A stretch of 64,000 bases of DNA, from contig CM120644.1 in assembly GCA_051362555.1 (NCBI GenBank), forward strand, positions 4,100,954 through 4,164,953, written 5' to 3'. The stretch comes from Lingula anatina (taxonomy: Eukaryota > Animalia > Brachiopoda). Below are positions 51,219 through 61,367 of this stretch, piece by piece (position 1 is the stretch's first letter; every line of letters starts with the position of its first letter). The notes beneath the pieces are model-generated. The model searched no databases, was not told where the DNA came from, and worked only from the letters and a program-made list of their open reading frames with translations. Made by a program: the position numbers and the translations under genes.

Positions 51219-51316
51219 ATAAATTGAGTATCATAAATTTTGATACTAGGTAAGTGTTGAGAAATGAAAACAGAAGCATGTGAGTTGAATGTAAACGGGG
51301 GACAGGGTTGGGTGGG

Positions 51317-51842
51317 AAAGTGAATAAACGAAGGTAGTAACTTACCCTTGATCGGTATTGATGTTATTTGGTGTTGACTTCTACTTACGCGCTTGTCTTA
51401 TTTGTCCGTGTGGCTGAGCTGTAAGCCAAAGAGTGTCTTCAGGAATGTGCACAAGATGCGTGGTCTCTGTCTTCCTCCGCACGTGATTCAAACCCGCGGC
51501 GCGATTGGCTAATAGTGCCATAAGGTTAAGTGGATGACGTAATGTTATTTACAGAGGCAGCTGTAGGAAGCGACTCGGGTAAAATCTTAGCTTGATAAAT
51601 TAGATTATGGGCATGCAATAATCTTTATTTATCATTAGCTAAGACTTTATATTCATATATCAAATTTTTGTTCATTTTATGATCTAATGGTTGATAATGG
51701 ATAAAGTAATGGGGCAATGGAGTCACTTCCTACGTAATGGATCGCGGTTCGCGAGCTGCCAATTACATAATATTATGTTGGATTACGCAAAGCTTAAAGC
51801 TTAACTCTGTAGATCATAAAAGGTGGGGATTACTTCCCGCCA
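51317..51842 (-). repeat. Internal B1-A2 junction repeat (A2 51317-51634, B1 51628-51842, sharing TTTATCA)
   Basis: A2 matches 61368-61685 and B1 matches 51004-51218; the two overlap on the 7-mer TTTATCA. Confidence 0.93.
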
Positions 51843-52423
51843 TAGAAAACTTATCGTAAAACCGAATGGTGAAGCTCGGTAAGTTTTCTGCCCCACCCAA
51901 AAATTTGTATAATGTGTAAAAATTGTAAGAAACAGGCTGAGAGTATCTTGTAAAATACAAATATGATTTAATGTCTATCAAAATGGAATACAGAATTACT
52001 ATATAAATTATACAATTCAAAGATCTCCACTGTCTAAGACCTCTGGACCGAGGACCATGGAGGCATTTGGAAGCTGACCCATCAAGGTGATGGGAATATA
52101 TCTATCAAATATGAATACTGAATCTCTATCCTAACTATGTAATTTTCTAGAACTTAAAAATCCCCACGAACCAAGACCCCTGGACCGAGGATCATGGAGG
52201 ATTTTTTGGCATTTACACATCTAATTAGTAAGCAATCTGCATGACAGTGATTGTTCATGCTCAGTTTGTCTACGCTCCCGGACTAGTGAATCCAAGGCAA
52301 GAACGGTTAAGTGACAATTAATCCTTAATACTGACATTCTATAATATACATTATTCTATTGTTGAATACAATGGTCATGTGCATAAAATATTGGTGCCCA
52401 GATTTTGTGTATGGTCTCTGCTT

Positions 52424-52594
52424 AGTATATTGAATGAAAACATGATCTGGTTAAGTGGCACTTCCAGCCGCTATTGGTCTTAGCATATTGCAAGAAGACG
52501 TGACCTGATTAATTGACACTTCCAGTCGCTAGTGCCATAGCATATTGGAAGAAAATATGAACTGATTAATAGACACTTCTAGTCGCTAGTGCTA
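52424..52594. repeat. Three ~57-bp degenerate tandem units downstream of the recombinase stop
   Basis: AG(C/T)ATATTG...GACACTTC(C/T)AGTCGCTAGTG repeated three times. Confidence 0.75.
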
Positions 52595-52849
52595 AGAATC
52601 TTAAATAATATAAAATTCATAAAATAGTTAAAACCGGAGGTATTTCATATATGTATCGGATCTCCATCTGCTTAGGAGTTTGATTCGAGTTTCCGACATG
52701 CTGCTACTTGCTGCAAGCGTAGCACCGCCAATGCGAAAGCTATGGCTTTTAATATTCAGGTGGGAGAGGTTAGCTGTCTTCACACCGTTGTCCAAGCATT
52801 TAATGAAATCCTGGGAGCGAACTGGGGATCCTTCAGCGTGAACGAAGAA

Positions 52850-55584
52850 TTTATTGTACCACCAGCGTTAGCGCTGGCGGTACACATGGTTTCGGTCCCG
52901 TCCGGATCGTTCCGCCGGCTCCGTTGGCTCCGCCGGCTCCGCCGGACGGCTACCGTTACCGCTTCTCCTCCTAGACGGTAAGGGCCCCAGTACCCATCTC
53001 ATGGATTTAGGTCACCTATAATCTCAACTCGTTCCACGTAAAATTTGGGCTTTGTCGGTATTGGGGTCTGGGTGTGGCACTCATTGCAATGCACCCTTGT
53101 CTAAAAATGGCAAAATTAAATGCTAATTATCTACCCTACGGAAGGAGTTATGGGAAAAATTTCTATAGACGGCTTTCCAAAAGTCATATGTGTAGATTTC
53201 AAATATATCCTTGGATTTGACCTTTGACCTCTACTTCAAGGTCAAATGGGCCAAAATTTTCAAAAAAATGAAATTTTTCACGAAAAAAATTTTTTTTGCC
53301 CTGTTATTCAGACATCACACAGACTTAACCAATAATATTATTGGAAAGTGTTACCCTTCAGGTCATCTTTCATCTCCATGAATTTGGGGTCAATCGGTGC
53401 ATTTTCACGGGAGTAGCGGCCATAAGATACCGAAACTGAAAACTGTCTCTAATTCGGGAACCGTTAATGCTAGAGACCCATTCTTTTTTGCATTTTGTAG
53501 AGCATGTAAAGCCCAACACTGGAGGTGGTCTCGGTTTTTTTGTATTCCATACGGTTTTCGAGTTACGCTGTATCAAAAAGTACATATTGGTGGTAAAAGC
53601 AAAATGTGCAGTATGGTAATGGATAATAAATTTTGAACTCTGGAAAAATAAAACATAAGGCTTGGCAAAGCAGACAACTTGTGTTCAAAAATGACATTAT
53701 TTCATCAAATTTGAACTTCTGAAACTTCAGAGCACCTCCTATTTCAAGAATTTTGACCAAAATGACATTTTCTTTATTTTAATTAATTTTTTCTGTACGA
53801 AATTTAAGGCACATTATGGTAACTCCAAAATTATAACATCTAGTCCCTTATATCTCCAAAACTGGCAGAGATAGGTCCATAGTTACTATTGAACTTGAAT
53901 AGGAAGTCATATACTGGCAATCTAAATGTGACCTTGAAATTTACCTTTGACCTACTTTTTACCATGAACTGAACTTTGCAAATTTTTCTTCCCTTTTATC
54001 TCCAAAACTGGCAGAGATAGGTCCATAGTTACTATTGAACTTGAATAGGAAGTCATATACTGGCAATCTAAATGTGACCTTAAAATTGACCTTTGACCTA
54101 CTTTACACCATGAACTGAATTTTGCAAAATTTGCTTCCCTTTTATCTCCAAAACTGGCAGAGATAGGTCCATAGTTACTATTGAACTTGAATAGGAAGTC
54201 ATATACTGGCAATCTAAATGTGACCTTAAAATTGACCTTTGACCTACTTTTCACCATGAACTGAACTTTGCAAATTTTTCTTCCCTTTTATCTCCAAAAC
54301 TGGCAGAGATAGGTCCATAGTTACTATTGAAGTTGAAAAGGAAGTCATATACTGGCAATCTATATGTGACCTTAAAATTGACCTTTGACCTACTTTACAC
54401 CATGAACTGAATTTTGCAAATTTTGCTTTCCTTTTATCTCTAAAACTGGCTGAGATAGGTCCGTAGTTACTATTGAACTTGAATAGGAAGTCATATACTG
54501 GCAATCTAAATGTGACCTTAAAATTGACCTTTGACCTACTTTTCACCATAAACTGAACTTTGCAAATTTTGCTTCCCTTTTATCTCCAAAACTGGCAGAG
54601 ATAGGTCCATAGTTACTATTGAACTTGAAAAGGAAGTCATATACTGGCAATCTAAATGTGACCTTGAAATTGACCTTTGACCTACTTTTCACCATAAACT
54701 GAACTTTGCAAATTTTGCTTCCCTTTTATCTCCAAAACTGGCAGAGAAAGGTCCATAGTTACTATTGAACTTGAAAAGGAAGTCATATACTGGCAATCTA
54801 AATGTGACCTTAAAATTGACCTTTGACCTACTTTACACCATGAACTGAATTTTGCAAATTTTGCTTCCCTTTTATCTCCAAAACTGGCAGAGATAGGTCC
54901 ATAGTTACTATTGAACTTGAAAAGGAAGTCATATACTGGCAATCTAAATGTGACCTTAAAATTGACCTTTGACCTACTTTACGCCATGAACTGAATTTTG
55001 CAAATTTTGCTTTCCTTTTATCTCCAAAACTGGCTGAGATAGGTCCGTAGTTACTATTGAACTTGAATAGGAAGTCATATACTGGCATTATAAATGTGAC
55101 ATTAAAATTGACCTTTGTCCTACTTTTCACCATAAACTGAACTTTGCAAATTTTGCTTCCCTTTTATCTCCAAAACTGGCAGAGATAGGTCCATAGTTAC
55201 TATTGAACTTGAATAGAAAGTCATATACTGGCAATCTAAATGTGACCTTGAAATTGACCTTTGACCTACTTTTCACCATGAACTGAATTTTGCAAATTTT
55301 GCTTCCCTTTTATCTCCAAAACTGGATTCAAGTCATATACTGGCAATTTACTGTGACCTTGAAATTGACCCTTGACCTACCTTACGAAGAATTTAAATTT
55401 GATTGTACCATATATATTTTTTGCAATAGTTTAAAAATTCTTGTTGATTGCATTTTTACAGCTTGTCAAGCACAAAACTGGTGGCTGTGTCCCTTATTTT
55501 GTGTATGTGGGGGTCTATACGAATGCGCTTGCTCCAGCTGGTGGTACAATATTTGGAGGCGGTATCGCCTCTCTGATCCTCTAG
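52850..55584 (+). mobile_element. Non-autonomous Helentron-associated element (HINE / DINE-1-like) with internal 146-bp array
   Basis: 15-bp asymmetric subTIRs TATTGTACCACCAGC (52852-52866) / GCTGGTGGTACAATA (55537-55551); 5' stem-loop; short GTCCG/CTCCG-type repeats near 52895-52950; central tandem array; 3' hairpin GAGGCG-GTAT-CGCCTC (55556-55571) then CTAG; inserted at an A|TT site with no TSD. Confidence 0.85.
53851..55381. repeat. 146-bp tandem array, 10 full units plus a partial unit
   Basis: TATCTC(C/T)AAAACTGG at 53851, 53997, 54143 ... 55165, 55311 (period 146); TGACCTT-rich unit. Confidence 0.96.
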
Positions 55585-56135
55585 TTGTCTATTGCTTGTG
55601 CTAGGGCGTAGGGATACATATTCAGAGACCCATCTCACAGGACATACCTTAGGCATCCTCTTGCGAATTATCACCGTGTGATTTGAGTTCTGACCTGCAT
55701 GTTTAAAAGAAGGGAGATATAAGGTGATGGCACCTTCAGACTGATTCATCTTAACATTGCCCAGTTGAAGATGGTGGTCAGTTTCACTAGATACAACTTC
55801 ACTTATCCCTAAGAGTCCAAAGAATGCAAGCGTAAACATGGCAGCCATTAAGTGTACTTTGTAGGCTGACTGCATACCGACGGTGAGGATCTGTATCAAC
55901 ATAAGTAGGATTGACAAAGTAACTGGGGACCTTGTGTCGCATGAGGGGTTTTTCTTCTTCGGGCCCCGAATTGTTTGTTTCACTATGAAAGCAGATGTTG
56001 AGTCCGAGATGCTTGCCATCTTGTATTTATAGCTTAACGCAGGGAGGTGTGTCCTGGTAAATGATGGCTTGTATCATTCACTTAGATAATGTACAAATAG
56101 GGTCGTCGCTGTTGGATCTGAAGGGAATGTTCTCA

Positions 56136-56182
<47 letters not shown>

Positions 56183-56269
56183 TAATAGATATAAATTCAA
56201 TAAAAAGGTTCAATTTTGCTGTAAGTTCTCCTGGTGTTTGGACGTAGGGTGAGGATCTGCCAGTGGTTG

Positions 56270-56908
56270 CAGTCTTCTGAAGGCCTGTAAATTAGGCCGA
56301 GATAGGGCATTAGCAGCACAATTGTCCACGCCGGGTATGTGGGTGGCTCAAAAATTTTTTGTTCTTTAAACAATGTAGAATAAGTTTTTTCAGTAGTAAC
56401 ATAATGGAATGATCCTTCGAGGTGCAATTGTTTAGAATGTAAATCAAGGCTTCATTGTTTGAAAAAATGGTTACTTTTTTGTTTTTCAAGTAATCTTCCC
56501 AAACAAAAAAGGGGGCAGACCTCCGGATGAGTCTGTGAAAATGAAAGCTACTGGGAACAAAGACCAATGATCATTATAGAGAAAGCTACGCCCATTTAAA
56601 GTTAGGAGGAATATATGCCACGTAGAAAGGTCCGCACGGGCTTCATTGTTGAGACGGATTTTGTAGTGGGGTTGGGTTGTCCCAACATTGAGATTGATAA
56701 GCCGCCTTAAAAAGGGCCCTCCCGACCGGGATAATAAAGCAGCAAAAATCTTTAAGGCCGATGGTCGATAGGAGATCATGCAGTGCTATTTTCCTTTTGG
56801 ATATGGACTAGTTCTAGGTAGTTTTTGATTTTTCCCAGGGGGCAAGCGTGCCTCCTGCAGTGAGGTGTCCAGTTCTATACCGGCAAAGGATATTACAATA
56901 GCTGGGGA

Positions 56909-56985
<77 letters not shown>

Positions 56986-57538
56986 TCTGATTGTGCTCCT
57001 ATCAGCTGACAAAGATCTATGAAATGGTCAAGACGTTTTAGACATTCTTGTTTGGTTGGGGACAGGATGAGGAAATCATCCAGCAAGTATAGGATATCAG
57101 GTATCCGACACTTGTTTTTAGCTATCCATTCTATGGCCGAACTAAAGGTTTTCGAATTTTTAACAACAAGAGCGTAAGCCCATGGGTAATTTTTTGTCAA
57201 AATAGTACTGTGATTTTAAGGAGAAACCCATTAGAAACAAAAGTCTTTGTAATGTGAGAATTCTAAATGGTTCTGGATGTTTGCTTTAGCCAGGTAGGCA
57301 TCTTTTCCTATGGATTTAGCCAGTTGAATAGCATCAGAGGCATTGGCATACGAAACGTTGCCGATTTGTCCTTAATGCCATCGTTGACGGAGTAGTGTTT
57401 CGGGGAGGAAAGATTATGTATGAAACAGAGCTTTCCTGGGGTCTTTTTGGGGACAACATAAATTGGGGACGTGACGAAGAATGGGGGGTGGGGGTGTGGA
57501 GAATGAGCTCACAATACGTGCTGCTTCAATTTCTGTGC

Positions 57539-57580
<42 letters not shown>

Positions 57581-57714
57581 CCTTCCACCAGATAATAAGA
57601 AATGTGGGGGTTATAGCCTGCAAGTAAGTTTTCTAAGATTTGATACTTAACAGGTGTCGTAATATTGTCGACAATGGGAAAGGAGGATTCGTTGATTGTT
57701 ATTATGACTTGCAT
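56270..57714 (-). pseudogene. Reverse transcriptase / RNase H of the retrotransposon, frameshifted
   Basis: ITTPVKYQILENLLAGY...YLVEGF; SVNDGI; YLAKANI; LPMG; YLLDDFLI (YxDD); FLRRLINL...IRLNNEARADLSTW..FL...NG; FTDSSG; SNNEALIYILN..TSKD; HIPGVDNCAANALSR. Several frameshifts and homopolymer/microsatellite tracts. Confidence 0.92.
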
Positions 57715-58269
57715 AGGATTATGTTATCTTTTTAATTGATATAATCATCATCTCAAATTTTGTCTCAATTTTGAGTTGACGTGGTAATCTATATTAGTTC
57801 TTGGAATTTGCTTCTCTAAAATGAAGAAAGGAAGTATAGACTCCATATGGCAGAGGTGAGAGGGATAGAAGAGCCCTGCCAGCTCAAAAGAGGAAGCCTA
57901 AGGAAGTGTATTAACAGAAATAAATGATTAATTGATAATCTGGTTCAATGAGATGTACGGAACAGCGTATGCGAATGCTAGCCATTCAGTTTTACAAATT
58001 GCAGAATCTATTTTTAGGCCAATTGCTAGTTAAAGGTACCCGTAGCAATGTATAGTGCTTGTTATCGTAATATTAATTCATTATTGAAAAAGTTGCAAAT
58101 AATGTATAATATGTTGGCAAGTTAACTTGCTGTAGGTGCACAAGTATGTGATAGAGGCGGACAAGTATATGTCCAGGTATAAAAAATTAAGGCATAAGCA
58201 ATTGTAAGCAAACAAGATAATAACTATTGTCTACATATGTCATGTAGCTGTGCCATCCTTTAAGCTGGT

Positions 58270-59915
58270 TGAATGCGGCCACGCATTGCGGCCCAAGACT
58301 ATGTTGGTGCAACATAGGTAAGAGTAAAGCGACTACGTGCTGCAGTCTTTTGTACAGCCATTTTTTGCACTTGGCTTAGGTAAGAGTAAAGCGGCTACGT
58401 GCTGCAGCCTTTTGTACAGCCTTTTTTGCATTTGGCTTAATGCAGCCACGCATTGTGGCCCCAAAATACAGTAAATAAGAGTAAAGCGGCTACGTGCTAC
58501 AGCCTTTTGTACAAATAAGAGAAAGCGGCCTTGTGATGGGCCCATTGGCAGAAATCAATGGCGAAGTAAATGTATGTGAATGTAACTATAAAACAAGTAT
58601 CAATCAAGCTATAGCGTGTTTGCATTTGGTGTAATGCGGCCACGCGTTGTGGCCCCAAAATACAGTAAATTGGAGTAAAGCGGCTACGTGCTACAGCCTT
58701 TTGTACAAATAAGAGAAAGCGGCCTTGTGATGGGCCCATTGGCAGAAATCAATGGCGAAGTAAATGTATGTGAATGTAACTATAAAACAAGTATCAATCA
58801 AGCTATAGCGTGTTTGCGATTTGGTGTAATGCGGCCACGCGTTGTGGCCCCAAAATACAGTAAATTAGAGTAAAGCGGCTACGTGCTACATCCATTTGTA
58901 CAAATAAGAGAAAGCGGCCTTATGATGGGCCCATTGGCAGAAATCAATGGCGAAGTAAATGTATATGAATGTAACTATAAATCAAATATCAATCAAGCTA
59001 TAGCGTGTTTGCACTTGGTATAATGCTGCCACACGTTGTGGCCCAGGCTCTATTAATGCCTCATAAGCAAAAGAAAAGCGGCAGCATGCTGTAGCCCTTA
59101 AAGTAAACGAGAGAAAGCGGTTGTATGATGGGCCCACTGGTGGATATCAATGTCATTCGCACAACAATTGTTGAATGCACAGCATAAGGCTTCGTTCACA
59201 TGCAATGTCCACCTTCCACCTTCCATCCTCCACCTTCGGCACGTCCCACGATCACGCTCCGCGCCCCGAACATCCCGCGGCGCAATTACTGGCTTCTTAT
59301 AAGTAACTGGCTCGCGCTGCCAGTAATTACGCCGCGGGACGTCCAGGGCACAGAGCGCGATCACAAGACACACCGAAAATAGAAAATAGAAAACAGAAAA
59401 CAGACATTGCATGTGAACGAAGCCTAAGCTTAGGCTACTCTTACGCATAAGTTGGTAAATATGGTGGTGAGTCAATGGCTAAGTAATTGTACGTGAATGT
59501 AACTATAGATCAAGTATAAATCGAGCTGTAGCGTGTATGCACCTGGCATAATGAGGCCACGCATTGTGGCCCAGGCTGTATCGATGTATCATAAGTAATA
59601 GAAAAGCAGTAACATGTTGTAGCCCTTATAGTCACAAGAGAAAGCAGCCGCCTGATGGGCTCACTGATCGAGATCAAAGTCGTTCGCATACCAATTGTTG
59701 AAGGCACATCGTAAGCTTAAGCTACTCATATACATAAGTCGGTAAATATGGTGGCGAGTCAATGGCGAAGTAAACGTATGTGAATGTAACTATAAATCAA
59801 GTATAAATCAAGCTATAGCATGTTTGCATTTGGCTTAAAGCGGCCATGCGTTTTGGCCCGATCTGTATTTATGCAGTTTAAGTAATAGAAAAGCGGCAAC
59901 ATGCTGTAGCCTCGG
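58270..59915. repeat. Complex tandem array (core period ~194 bp, with shorter and longer variants) inside the retrotransposon
   Basis: GGGCCCA at 58538, 58732, 58927, 59130; longer ~290-bp units to the right and truncated units to the left. Confidence 0.9.
59188..59424. mobile_element. 237-bp PIF/Harbinger-like hairpin MITE, T>C (minus-strand A>G) hypermutated copy
   Basis: Same 22-bp TIRs and central segment as 22713-22949; TAA TSD at 59185-59187 and 59425-59427; the next repeat unit (~59712) shows the empty site. Confidence 0.93.
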
Positions 59916-59924
59916 AAAGATCAT

Positions 59925-60441
59925 CATAGCATACGAGTGCCTAACTCATTCATGTGTACCCCTTCTTGACGGATTGTTCTCCCATTGTTCGGTGGCACCC
60001 ACATGCCGAAGAAAGTGGACCTTAGCCTGTCCCTGTAAGGTCTTATTCAGTTGCCTGACACATTCGTAATAACTGTCCTGGTCAGCTTTCGTTGGGAGAT
60101 ATCAGCAGCTGGGCGCAGATCGAAATAGGAGCTGTCCCAGAAAATCACAGCATCTGGATTTAAGTCCTGAATGCATAGGTTGAGTGATACTATCTTGCTT
60201 GTAATTTGTTGCGCATCGCATCGAAGGGGGGGCGGGGGGCTCGCACATAATTTCCACCCAATTGAAGGAGGTTCTAGGAGGTCATTCTGGGAAGTCATCA
60301 CTGGACAGAAAATGGCCCAATCGGGCTCCACTTTTTCCATAGCCATTGAACACTAAACCCTCCTGGATGGGGGTTGAGATTTGGAGGGGCTTCCTGTTCT
60401 AATCCTCTAATAAGACTGCGACCAGTTATCATAATTTCCAT
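59925..60441 (-). pseudogene. SGNH/GDSL-type hydrolase of the retrotransposon, frameshifted
   Basis: Across frameshifts: MEIMITGRSLIRGL (block I), GYGKSGARL (block II), LQLGGNYV (block III), DAVIFW, RQEGVHMNELG (block V, DxxH-like). SGNH ORFs are known in some Ngaro elements. Confidence 0.75.
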
Positions 60442-61367
60442 ATTAAGGAAACTTAAAGGCATGCAACTATCTGAAACATAATAAATTAGGGTAAAGGCAA
60501 GGCATTACCAGCCCCTAATAAAGCTTATGGTATTAAGAATCTAGCAATATAGAGATAAAAAAGGGGGGGGGGGTGAGCAGATGCGATCCCTCAACGTTAG
60601 TTAACATTAGTTAATAGTGAACTTTTTACAATTGTTATAATTATACACTGTAATAAATATTCTTAAAACACTGTATAAGTAGTAATCCATAGTGCTGTAT
60701 AACTATTTATTTATCCATCTATTTGTAGTATAGAGGGCTAACAAATGTAACTGTCATATTTAATGCTCGAATAAATTATTATTATTATTAATAATCCTAG
60801 ATCTGGATGTATAAAATTTTTGCTTCTCCCAGGGTGTCGAGGCATCAAAGCATATATCTGACCACCCGGCATGTGCAAGCAATTAATGATTACGTAAGCG
60901 TATCCGGAGGCGCCATGTTGTCCGGTACAGGATGCAGCCGAACAAAAGTGGATGTTTTCCCACGACTCACGGTGGTAGGAGAAGATAGGGAATTGCATAT
61001 ACTACCATTAAACGCATAATTCATTCGTAACTGTCTGTACGAGTAACACCTAACCATAAGAATCTTATTGTGTCAATTAGTCGATATCAACTAACAATTT
61101 AGGAGTCCGCCATTTTGACTCGCTTCGATGCGTAGAACGTACAGAAACTGGCCATTTTATCGGAAGTTATAACTAATCGGGTCGTTTTCTTTGTTTCCTA
61201 AGCAAAGTTTACTGTTAAAGAAATAGAAAAGTACTTAGCTGTACCTATTACCAAGGGTGTGTAACAGGAAACAAATACATATGAACCAGCGAAACTCGTG
61301 CTACTCATGTTATTCGTGTTGTAGCTAATAAGCGCCGTGTGACGACGTAAAGCTCGTGAAAGAGCGT

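Larger units (their letters stand above)
52628..56260 (-). pseudogene. Tyrosine recombinase of the retrotransposon, split by a 2735-bp insertion
   Basis: N-part (~56260-55585): LRPNTRRTY, HLPALSY, DTRSPVT, AFFGLLGISE (catalytic R replaced by G), CPVRWVSEYVSLRP. C-part (52849-52628): FFVHAEGSPV...KSHSFRIGGAT...LSRWRSDTYMKYLRF*. The parts rejoin in frame when 52850-55584 is removed; the 5' portion has a stop and frameshifts. Confidence 0.92.

Noticed and set aside
53952-55133. Repeated 86-101-aa minus-strand ORFs (MVKSRSKVNF...)
   Set aside because: By-products of the 146-bp tandem array, not genes.
53851-55381. Regular repeat resembling a CRISPR array
   Set aside because: Head-to-tail monomers with no unique spacers, no cas genes, and a eukaryotic intronic context.
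55456-55584. C-terminus of the 187-aa ORF (LEDQRGDT...VLDKL)
   Set aside because: Read-through into the inserted HINE; the real recombinase C-terminus is at 52849-52628.
59188-59424. APOBEC or CpG deamination as the cause of the arm asymmetry
   Set aside because: Those give C>T/G>A; the sister copy shows the ancestral pairs were T:A, so the direction is T>C (A>G on minus) and CpGs were gained, not lost.
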